From an uncultured bacterium (GTDB taxonomy: Bacteria > Patescibacteriota > Microgenomatia > Levybacterales > UBA12049), in assembly GCA_963826535.1 (NCBI GenBank), contig CAWGXL010000011.1, positions 256,809 to 320,808 of the forward strand: 64,000 bases of DNA. The letters are read 5' to 3'. Below are positions 56,305 to 64,000 of the stretch, one piece after another (the stretch's first letter is position 1; every line of letters begins with the position of its first letter). The translations under genes were made by a program, and so were the position numbers. The notes under the pieces were generated by a model. It was not told the origin of the DNA and did no database searches. It saw nothing but the letters and a program-made list of their open reading frames with translations.

Positions 56305-57171
56305 ATGGATATTTTACCTCAATTAATAGTAAATAGCATTATTGCCGGGGCGATCTATTCGATGATTGCTTTGGGGTTTAATTTGATCTACGGTACGGCT
56401 AAATTTTTTGATCTGGGATATGGAGCATTGACGGCTGTGGGTGGATATGCTGTTTTCTATTTTTATAAAACACTTGGGTTAGATTTATATATTTCGGTGG
56501 TTTTGGGGCTTCTTATTGCCGGGTGTATTGGGTATTTGATTTACCGTTTCGTATATACTCCACTTCGCGCGCGAAAATCTTCAAGCATGGTCCTATTGGT
56601 CGCATCACTTGGAGCATTTACTATGCTTCAGGCTATTATTGCAATTCTATTCACAAGTCAGTTTCAGACGTTGTCGCGTAATGCCGGAACTGAGCAGGTC
56701 TTTAATGTGTTTGGCGGGGTGATTACGCAAACACAATTGATTATTCTTATTCTTGGCGTGCTAATTATGATGGGGCTGGGAATAGTTCTTAAATATACTA
56801 TGATGGGCAAGGCGGTAAAGGCGGTGGCTGATGATGAGGAGGTGTCGCAAATCGTTGGTATAAATACATCCAAGATTATTGGTTTGGTGTTTTTTATTGG
56901 TTCGGCAATTGCGGGTCTGGCAGGTATATTAATTGGATTTGATACAGGTATTGAGCCGACCATGGGATTTTCTTTGCTTTTGAAGGGTGTGATCGCTTGT
57001 ATTATCGGCGGCATAGGTAATGTATATGGAGGCTTTTTGGGCGCGTTTCTGCTGGGATTTATTGAAAACTTCGGTATATGGAAAATTTCAGGGGAATGGA
57101 AGGATGCAATTGCGTTTGTGGTTTTGATTATTTTCCTGCTGTTTAGGCCAAAAGGAATATTAAGGAAATAG
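56305..57171 (+). CDS. livH: branched-chain amino acid ABC permease
   Basis: GAIYSMIALGFNLIYG, GKAVKAVADD, IIGGIG, FRPKGI. Confidence 0.88.
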   Translation: MDILPQLIVNSIIAGAIYSMIALGFNLIYGTAKFFDLGYGALTAVGGYAVFYFYKTLGLDLYISVVLGLLIAGCIGYLIYRFVYTPLRARKSSSMVLLVASLGAFTMLQAIIAILFTSQFQTLSRNAGTEQVFNVFGGVITQTQLIILILGVLIMMGLGIVLKYTMMGKAVKAVADDEEVSQIVGINTSKIIGLVFFIGSAIAGLAGILIGFDTGIEPTMGFSLLLKGVIACIIGGIGNVYGGFLGAFLLGFIENFGIWKISGEWKDAIAFVVLIIFLLFRPKGILRK

Positions 57172-57193
57172 CTTATGTTACACAAAAATAATT

Positions 57194-57323
57194 TGTCATT
57201 CCCCTGGACCCTCCAGAGGCGGGCGGGCAGGGGAATCTAGAAGATATAAATAACTCTTCTTTATAAGGGGGAAATGAAAAAACTTATTTTACCTCCTGGA
57301 TTCCCGCGTTCGCGGGAATGACA
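57194..57323. repeat. bipartite dRS3-like REP element with nested palindrome in the left arm
   Basis: tgtcattcccctg[gaccctccagaggcgggcggg]caggggaatctag ... ctggattcccgcgttcgcgggaatgaca. Confidence 0.8.
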
Positions 57324-57348
57324 ACTGATTAAGTCCTAAAATAAACTT

Positions 57349-58215
57349 ATGGAATATCTTATTCACATTCTCATACTCATTAGCATATACGCAATTTTGG
57401 GGCTTTCTTTGAATCTGGTTGTTGGATATACAGGACTCCTATCTGTCACTCAGGCGGCATTCTACGGTATTGGGGCTTATGTTACGGCAATTCTTTTAAC
57501 TACAACGGGGATGAATTTTTTTCCAGCTTTGTTAATTGGAATAGTGATAACCGGAGTCTTGAGTCTATTAATTGGTTTTGTGCTTTCGAAATTTAAGGAT
57601 GATTACTTTGCCCTTGGGTCATTTGGATTTAATGTAATAATCTATAGTATTTTTTTGAATTGGCAGGAATTGACACGCGGGCCTTTGGGAATTCCCGGTA
57701 TTCCCAGGCCTGAATTATTTGGTTTTACCTTTTCCGATAATCTTTCGTTTTTAATTCTAACTGTTGCTTGTGCGCTGGTTATATATGGGTTGTGCGTTTT
57801 TATAACCTGTTCGTCATTTGGGCGGGTGCTCAAAGCTATACGGGAAGATGAAGAAGCGTTAAGCGTTTTTGGCTACCGAACTTTGTGGTTCAAACTAACT
57901 ATATTTGTGATTAGCGCAATGATGGCCTCTGTGGCCGGATCGCTTTTTGCGAGTTATATTACATTTATTGATCCTTCAACTTTTACTCTGACTGAGTCTA
58001 TATTTATTTTGGCAATAATCATCCTCGGCGGTTTGGCGAATAATAAGGGAGCAGTTATTGGAGCAGTATGCCTGATACTACTTCCTGAAATTCTAAGGTT
58101 TGTGGGTTTTCCTTCAGATATTGCCGCGCAGATGAGACAGGTGACTTATGGGCTGCTGTTAATATTGCTTATGCTCTACAGGCCGCAGGGGTTATTGGGA
58201 GAGTATAGATTATAA
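57349..58215 (+). CDS. livM: branched-chain amino acid ABC permease
   Basis: LNLVVGYTGLLS..AAFYGIGAY, LTRGPLG, FGRVLKAIREDE, RPQGL. Confidence 0.9.
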   Translation: MEYLIHILILISIYAILGLSLNLVVGYTGLLSVTQAAFYGIGAYVTAILLTTTGMNFFPALLIGIVITGVLSLLIGFVLSKFKDDYFALGSFGFNVIIYSIFLNWQELTRGPLGIPGIPRPELFGFTFSDNLSFLILTVACALVIYGLCVFITCSSFGRVLKAIREDEEALSVFGYRTLWFKLTIFVISAMMASVAGSLFASYITFIDPSTFTLTESIFILAIIILGGLANNKGAVIGAVCLILLPEILRFVGFPSDIAAQMRQVTYGLLLILLMLYRPQGLLGEYRL

Positions 58216-58284
58216 TTGTGTGAGCTTGGAATTTGTTTATAGTATGCTTGAGTTATGGTAAAATTGTGATCAATTTTGATACTT

Positions 58285-59418
58285 ATGAATAAAAAAATTA
58301 TTTGGGGTATAGCAATGATAGTTATCCTCTTGGGCATAGGTCTGATTTGGGGTGTTAATAAAAACCCGACTACTTCAAAAGGCAATCCTATTCGTATAGC
58401 ATTTATTGGACCGCTTACCGGCAGTGCGGCAGTGTTTGGAGAAATTGAAAAAAATACGATTCAACTCGCGGTTGAGGAAATAAACTCAAAAGGAGGGGTG
58501 AATGGACGATTAATCGAGGTAAAATATGAAGATGCAAAATGTGAGGGAAAGCTGGCAGTTTCCGCAGCCCAAAAACTGATCAATCTTGATAAAATTAGAT
58601 TACTCATAGTTTCTTGCTCTCAGGAAATTTTACCGATTGCTCCAATTACTGAAAAGTCGAAAGTTCTCGTGTTTGCTCCTTATGCTAATGCATCAGGTAT
58701 AACAAATGCAGGAGATTACATTTTCCGTAACGCTCAGTCAAATCGTGTTGTATCCGGTACTATGGCTAAAGTTGCTCTTGAAAAAGGAAAACGAGCAGTA
58801 GTTCTAAGCGAGCAGAGTGCTTTTTCAACTGATTTAAAGAATCTTTTTATTGAAGAATATAAGAAAAGAGGGGGAACGGTAGTTAATAACCAAGAATATC
58901 CACAAGGCGCAAAAGATTATCGATCCCAAATTTCAAAAATGTTAGCAGAAAAGCCTGAAGTAGTGGTTCTGATTCCAAATGGACCTGCAACAGGAATACC
59001 TGCTCTTAAACAATTTCGGGAGCTTGGCTATAAAAACGTGTTTGTAGGCAACCTTTTCGGAGGAAGTATAGAGGTACAGTCAATTCCTGAGGCACAGGGA
59101 ATGATCTATGTTTCTGATCCAATTATTGCAGAAGGTTCAGCTAAAAAAGAACTTTTTGATAAATACAAGGCGAATTTCGGTGAGTACCCGGATCTTGAGT
59201 GGGCAACCGGCGCCAGCTATGATGCGGTTTATATTTTAAAGCAAGCTTTTGAGGCTGTAGGCGATGATCCCACAAAAGTTAAAGATTATTTGTACAAGAT
59301 GCCTGAGTTTACGGGGATTTTAGGGGCATACAGATTCGATAGTAACGGTGATATGACAAAGTCGAAGCCGGCAGTCGCTGAAATAAAAAATAATACATCT
59401 GTATTAATTTCGCAATAA
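58285..59418 (+). CDS. LivK-like ABC substrate-binding protein 2
   Basis: IGPLTG, EINSKGGVNGR, EDAKC, DYRSQI, YDAV, FDSNGD. Confidence 0.9.
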   Translation: MNKKIIWGIAMIVILLGIGLIWGVNKNPTTSKGNPIRIAFIGPLTGSAAVFGEIEKNTIQLAVEEINSKGGVNGRLIEVKYEDAKCEGKLAVSAAQKLINLDKIRLLIVSCSQEILPIAPITEKSKVLVFAPYANASGITNAGDYIFRNAQSNRVVSGTMAKVALEKGKRAVVLSEQSAFSTDLKNLFIEEYKKRGGTVVNNQEYPQGAKDYRSQISKMLAEKPEVVVLIPNGPATGIPALKQFRELGYKNVFVGNLFGGSIEVQSIPEAQGMIYVSDPIIAEGSAKKELFDKYKANFGEYPDLEWATGASYDAVYILKQAFEAVGDDPTKVKDYLYKMPEFTGILGAYRFDSNGDMTKSKPAVAEIKNNTSVLISQ

Positions 59419-59491
59419 TACTCAAATTATGAAGCACATAATAAGTCTAAAACTTACAGAACCAAGCGAGATATGCTATAATGCATTTACT

Positions 59492-59761
59492 ATGAAAACC
59501 ACACAGAGAAACAAACAGGATCGTATTGTACGTATTCCCGGACTCGTGGGAGGTAAGCCGGTTATTAAAGGGACACGTATTCCTGTTGATATGGTTTTGG
59601 AACGACTTACGTATGACTTGGATCTCAAAACGCTCTTTGAAGATTATCCGGAATTGAAAGAGGAAGATATTAAAGCGTGTATTGCATATGCCAAAGAGCT
59701 TGTTGAAGACGAGGAAGCGTTCCCCGCTGCGGAAGCAGACACCAAACAAGCACAGGTATGA
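59492..59761 (+). CDS. DUF433 antitoxin
   Basis: GGKPVIKGTRIPV...DYPELKEEDIKACIAYA. Confidence 0.9.
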   Translation: MKTTQRNKQDRIVRIPGLVGGKPVIKGTRIPVDMVLERLTYDLDLKTLFEDYPELKEEDIKACIAYAKELVEDEEAFPAAEADTKQAQV

Positions 59762-60132
59762 AATTTCTCCTCGATCAGAGCGTTGAACGCCGATTAGCTC
59801 CTTTTCTCAGAAACTTAGGCCATGATGTCAAAGTTGTGAGCATTGACTACGAGGCCGGAATATTAGATCAAGAAGTTCTTCTCTTGGCCAACAAAGAGAG
59901 CCGTATTTTACTCACTAATGATAAAGGCGATTTTGGGGAGCTAATATTTCGCTACCATCACTCGCACTCTGGCGTTATTCTCTTTAGGCGGATGATATCA
60001 GGAGATATGCTTACAAAACAAGAAAGGCTCTCGTATGTTCTCCAAGAATATGCAAATCAGCTGCATCATTTTATAGTTGTGAGTCCAAAGAGTGTGCGTG
60101 TCAGAAAAAAACAGGGACGAAAAGCCATTTGA
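59758..60132 (+). CDS. DUF5615 PIN-like toxin
   Basis: MKFLLDQSV...GHDV...D.EVL...ILLTNDKGDFGEL. Confidence 0.9.
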   Translation: MKFLLDQSVERRLAPFLRNLGHDVKVVSIDYEAGILDQEVLLLANKESRILLTNDKGDFGELIFRYHHSHSGVILFRRMISGDMLTKQERLSYVLQEYANQLHHFIVVSPKSVRVRKKQGRKAI

Positions 60133-60239
60133 TCCTCTACTTTAAGATTGTTTGTTTCTGCTACTCACGAAGGACTAAATAAAATTTACGTTTACAATAT
60201 GGCTGAATTATGGTTAAATACTGATAAATTTTAGTACTT

Positions 60240-61352
60240 ATGAATAAAAAGTTTATTTGGATCATTGTCGGGATTGTAGTTGTATTGGTTTTTGTTTTTG
60301 GATTTTATAGACAACAAAGCGTAAACAAAGACTCAATTAAAATTGGCATGGCACTTGCGCTTACGGGAGATGCTGCTCCGTGGGGAGAGGTGTCACGTAA
60401 TGCAGCGCAACTTGCAGTTGATGAAATAAATAAAAATGGTGGAATAAACGGCAAAAGAATAGAAATTGTGATTGAGGATAGCAAGAGTTCTTCGAAAGAT
60501 TCAACCCTCGCAGTTTCAAAATTAGTCAATGTAGATAAGGTAAAAGCCGTAATGATCACTTGGCTTGATTCGTATCCCGGAGCGGAAAGTGTCATTCCCA
60601 AAAATATGCTTCTAATTTCCCAGGACGCGGCAATTGAGTCTGTAAACGTGCCTGTAAATCATCCTAACGTATTCTCATTATGGTATCGGACATCTGCGAA
60701 GGCGGAAGTGACTTTATCCGAAATGACCCGAACGGGCATTAAAACTTTATATGTAGTGACTCAAAATGATCCGTATTATAGAAAGCTTGTAGAATTTCTA
60801 AAAAATGAGGCGCTAGAACAAGGTATATCAATAATCGCAGAAGAATCACTAAGCCCCAAAAGTGATGTGAGAACTGTTGTTGCCAAGATCGGAGCAGCTA
60901 AACCGGATGCTGTTTTCTTTGGTTCATATGATGATCAGATTAGTGTTAGTTTTATAAAAAGTTTCCATGAGATAATAGGCGGCAAGACACCGCTCTATGG
61001 TGATGAATTTATTGAGCAGGATTTTACCAGCAAGAACTTTAGTACAACTTGGCTTGAAGGAATGAAATATTATGTTCCGGCAGAGCCTAACACTCAATTT
61101 GGAGAAAAATATAAAGCGCGATTCGGAATAGAGCCTAAGTTTAGTGCAGGGACTACTTACGACACGGTAATGGTTATGGCTAAATTCCTAACTGATGCAC
61201 CATCTGACTTGACTAAATATATGAGAGACACGGAGTTTGATACTGTCACATATGGTAAAATTGCGTTTGATGAAATAGGGGGCGTGGTTGCGGATAAAAC
61301 AGCTATTACCATGAAGCAGATTGTTGGGCAAAAAGTTGTCCCGGTAAAATAA
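60240..61352 (+). CDS. LivK-like ABC substrate-binding protein 3
   Basis: IKIG..LTGDAA.WG, INKNGGINGK, EDS, YDTV. Confidence 0.9.
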   Translation: MNKKFIWIIVGIVVVLVFVFGFYRQQSVNKDSIKIGMALALTGDAAPWGEVSRNAAQLAVDEINKNGGINGKRIEIVIEDSKSSSKDSTLAVSKLVNVDKVKAVMITWLDSYPGAESVIPKNMLLISQDAAIESVNVPVNHPNVFSLWYRTSAKAEVTLSEMTRTGIKTLYVVTQNDPYYRKLVEFLKNEALEQGISIIAEESLSPKSDVRTVVAKIGAAKPDAVFFGSYDDQISVSFIKSFHEIIGGKTPLYGDEFIEQDFTSKNFSTTWLEGMKYYVPAEPNTQFGEKYKARFGIEPKFSAGTTYDTVMVMAKFLTDAPSDLTKYMRDTEFDTVTYGKIAFDEIGGVVADKTAITMKQIVGQKVVPVK

Positions 61353-61356
61353 AAGT

Positions 61357-62478
61357 ATGAATAAAAAAATTATTTGGGTGCTTGTTGGAGTTATAGCCAT
61401 TATTATTGTTTTTGGGGTTTATAGACAAAATGGTGTTGATGAAGACAAAATTAAAATTGGGGTGGTGCTGCCTATGACGGGTATTGGTGCGGTTTTTGGA
61501 GAGCATCAATTGAATGCCGTTCGGCTTGCTGCAGATGAGATAAACGCGAAGGGTGGAATCAAGGGTCGAAAAATTGAAATAGTTTTAGAAGATGATAGTA
61601 CAGAACCCAAAAAGGCAGTTTCTGCTTTTAAAAAGGTAACTGAGGTTGACCATGTGCCGGTTGTAATTGGCGCGGCTTGGGACATTCTAGCAAACGCTGT
61701 TATGCCTCTTGTAGATAGCAAGAAAATACCGACTATTACTGCGTCAGCTCCTCCAGACTCATTGGAGAAGACAAGTGATGTATTCTTTACAACTTACCAA
61801 CCGATATTTGTGCATCAAGGCATAATCGAGAAATATCTACGGAATGAATCCGGTGAAAGGGTAGCTATAGTTTATGTTAATAACCCATGGGGAAAAGCCT
61901 ATCTTAATACATATAAAAAGGCGGCAGTGGCGGCTGGTAAAAAGTTAGTTGCGGAGGTAAAGCTTCCTAAATTTGATAACAACGATATACAAAGAGAGAT
62001 TACACTTCTCAAAAGCTCTAGCCCTGATATTTTGTTGACTGCGATTAATTTGTTTGATCCAAAATTGCTTATAGAAAAGAATAAGGAACTGGGTTTGAAT
62101 GCGCGAATCTTTGGGACAGACAATATTATGGCAAGTTATCTAAATCAGGAGATTAGCAAAGACGCTACAACCGGTGTTGTTATATTTCACTTTGCGTCCC
62201 CTAGCGCTGAGTTTGTGACAAATTATAGAAGTAAGTATGCAAAAGAACCGGTAACTGAAGCGGACAGGGCATACGATGCTGTGTACGTCATTGCTCAAGC
62301 GATTGAGAATTCAGGTGATTTTTCATCTGCAGGAATTGTTAAGGGCATAAAGCAGATTAAAAATTATAAAGGAGCGTCCGGATTAATCGATTATACAAAA
62401 GCAAACTGGCCGACAGCTGAGACTGCTCTGCTTGAGATTTTTGATGGGGAAAGTTTTGTGCCGTACCTGAATAATTGA
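61357..62478 (+). CDS. LivK-like ABC substrate-binding protein 4
   Basis: IKIGVVLPMTG, INAKGGIKGR, EDD, AYDAV. Confidence 0.9.
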   Translation: MNKKIIWVLVGVIAIIIVFGVYRQNGVDEDKIKIGVVLPMTGIGAVFGEHQLNAVRLAADEINAKGGIKGRKIEIVLEDDSTEPKKAVSAFKKVTEVDHVPVVIGAAWDILANAVMPLVDSKKIPTITASAPPDSLEKTSDVFFTTYQPIFVHQGIIEKYLRNESGERVAIVYVNNPWGKAYLNTYKKAAVAAGKKLVAEVKLPKFDNNDIQREITLLKSSSPDILLTAINLFDPKLLIEKNKELGLNARIFGTDNIMASYLNQEISKDATTGVVIFHFASPSAEFVTNYRSKYAKEPVTEADRAYDAVYVIAQAIENSGDFSSAGIVKGIKQIKNYKGASGLIDYTKANWPTAETALLEIFDGESFVPYLNN

Positions 62479-62519
62479 CTTCATTTGCTTTCCAATTTGC
62501 ATGTGTTAAAATAAGCACA

Positions 62520-62762
62520 ATGAAACGATTGATAACGCAAGACCCAAATATATTAAATGGTAAACCTATTATAGCTGGCACGAGAATGTCTGTTGAGTCG
62601 TTATTGGAGATGCTTTCATCCGGTGTAGAGACCAAAGATATAATTAAAGAATTTCCTTTCCTGAAAAAAGAGCATATTGCTGCATCGATTGAGTATGCAA
62701 AGAATCTTGTTCAGAAGGAAGAAAGTTACTTTTTTGACAAAACCCATTCAAAAGATGCATGA
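62520..62762 (+). CDS. DUF433 antitoxin
   Basis: DPNILNGKPIIAGTRMSV. Confidence 0.9.
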   Translation: MKRLITQDPNILNGKPIIAGTRMSVESLLEMLSSGVETKDIIKEFPFLKKEHIAASIEYAKNLVQKEESYFFDKTHSKDA

Positions 62763-63109
62763 AATTTCTTGCAGATATTAATATTCCTCAATCAGTCATC
62801 GTAGAATTAAAAAAACGCAAACATGATGTTGTTGACGCCAAAAAAAATCTTCTTCATGCTCCAGATACAAAATTAATTTCAATAGCAAAACAGGAGACAA
62901 GAATTATCCTCACCCGCGATAAGGATTTTATTACTCTGGCACAATACCCAAAATACCAAGTTCCAACAATCGTAATCCGTTTGAAAAATCAAACGCCAAG
63001 GCATATATCAAAAAGAATTATTGAATTACTGGAGAATCAGAATGTTGATACACTGGAAAATTCACTTACGCTTGTAAAAGAAGACGCTGCCCGTTCATAT
63101 CCTTATTAA
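62759..63109 (+). CDS. DUF5615 PIN-like toxin
   Basis: MKFLADINI...HDV...RIILTRDKDF. Confidence 0.9.
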   Translation: MKFLADINIPQSVIVELKKRKHDVVDAKKNLLHAPDTKLISIAKQETRIILTRDKDFITLAQYPKYQVPTIVIRLKNQTPRHISKRIIELLENQNVDTLENSLTLVKEDAARSYPY

Positions 63110-63117
63110 ACTAACTT

Positions 63118-63459
63118 ATGCGAATTACCAAATCTACTCCATTTACAAAAAAAGAAATTGAGAAGTTGTCTGAGGTTTTTGAAACTTATATTAAGACTGT
63201 TATTGATATTAAAAGGAAAATTTGTTCTGCGGGGTGTGATATGCATTTTGAATCGGAAGCGATTCTTCTCAAAGAAGGATCAAAACAGGCGGATTTATGG
63301 GGCGGGGGTATTGATTTAGAAGCTAAAATGGTTGATTTTAATTCGTTTATTAATATCCGGCCAGCTGATAATAATACAAGCAATGAGATACAGGATAAAA
63401 TAATAAGAGAGGAATACGAAAAACTTACAAGGTATTTTTTCAAAAAGGTGTATGAATAA
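63118..63459 (+). CDS. DUF5674 protein
   Basis: IKTVIDI...MHFESEAILL..GS.Q.DLWG...SFINIRP. Confidence 0.85.
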   Translation: MRITKSTPFTKKEIEKLSEVFETYIKTVIDIKRKICSAGCDMHFESEAILLKEGSKQADLWGGGIDLEAKMVDFNSFINIRPADNNTSNEIQDKIIREEYEKLTRYFFKKVYE

Positions 63460-63730
63460 TAAAATCAGCTTGGGATCGCTTTCAATGGATTTACTTCGTG
63501 TGGCTCTTGGGATTCATAGAGGTTCTTATAAAATGGCAGAGCGATTTTCTCAAGAAGCTATGAAAAGAAGGCATGAGATAGATGAGCGCGAGGTTAAGCC
63601 ATATCTAAGAAAGGTGCTGGCTAATATGGAGAATTCACTGAAAATTTCAGACCCTAAAAAAAAGGCTGAAGACTCACTTATGTACAGCACAATTATTAGA
63701 AATTACTGTCTTTCATTTCTTAAAAACTAA
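63452..63730 (+). CDS. helical hypothetical protein coupled to DUF5674
   Basis: SMDLLRVA...AEDSLMYS; overlaps the previous gene. Confidence 0.75.
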   Translation: MNNKISLGSLSMDLLRVALGIHRGSYKMAERFSQEAMKRRHEIDEREVKPYLRKVLANMENSLKISDPKKKAEDSLMYSTIIRNYCLSFLKN

Positions 63731-63796
63731 AATGCGCATCAATAATAATGAGTCGCCCCTGCCGATAAAAAATTTCAAAATGCAAGAAATTAATTT

Positions 63797-64000
63797 ATGA
63801 AAAAAGTAATGATTTTGGTAGGAATAGTAATAATAGTAATTGGTATAGGTTGGGTGATGGATGGAAATAATAGTTCATCTACTAAAGTTGACTTGATACG
63901 GGTGGGAGTGATTGAGTCGCTTTCAGGGCCTGCTGCGTATTATGGGGAACAAAATAAGAAGGGCATTGATCTTGCGATTGTTAAACTCAAAGAAAAATAT
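63797..64000 (+). CDS. LivK-like ABC substrate-binding protein 5 (partial)
   Basis: Manual: MKKVMILVGIVIIVIGIG...IRVGVIESLSGPAAYYGEQ; runs off the window. Confidence 0.85.
   Translation, partial: MKKVMILVGIVIIVIGIGWVMDGNNSSSTKVDLIRVGVIESLSGPAAYYGEQNKKGIDLAIVKLKEKY

Noticed and set aside
1-64000. CRISPR array, tRNA or rRNA genes
   Set aside because: No regularly spaced repeats, cas genes, cloverleaf or rRNA signatures recognised by eye
1-64000. Alternative genetic code (TGA as Gly)
   Set aside because: Recognisable genes are full length under code 11 and several end at TGA

Overview
AT-rich bacterial window read with standard code 11 (TGA is used as a stop). Gene content suggests Patescibacteria/CPR, probably Microgenomates; this is inference. 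Left part (1-16 kb): a TrmB-like regulator divergent from six ~300-aa Cys-rich paralogues with an internal two-fold repeat, interleaved with toxin-antitoxin (TA) pairs and a pilN-pilO-FN3 block. 18-23.4 kb: a zinc locus (zur-znuACB) with three TGCAA-N5-TTGCA boxes that also precede uncharacterised genes, including an unannotated 54-aa Cys-free DUF5679/CC1-like protein. 26-40 kb: a run of detox and DNA-repair accessory genes. Then an ECF sigma/anti-sigma trio with two products ending in VHLGL, a DrrAB-like ABC pair, a complete IS481-family element (44215-45307, 5-bp target duplication), nrdR-nrdJ, cmk and gap. Right part (53.6-64 kb): a second TrmB-associated array of five LivK-like binding proteins plus livH/livM, again interleaved with TA pairs. 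Several families of short GC-rich palindromes occur between genes and in-frame inside proteins. Three +1 homopolymer frameshifts are present. No rRNA, tRNA, CRISPR array, reverse transcriptase or integron integrase was recognised. Family assignments come from motif recognition by eye, not database searches.
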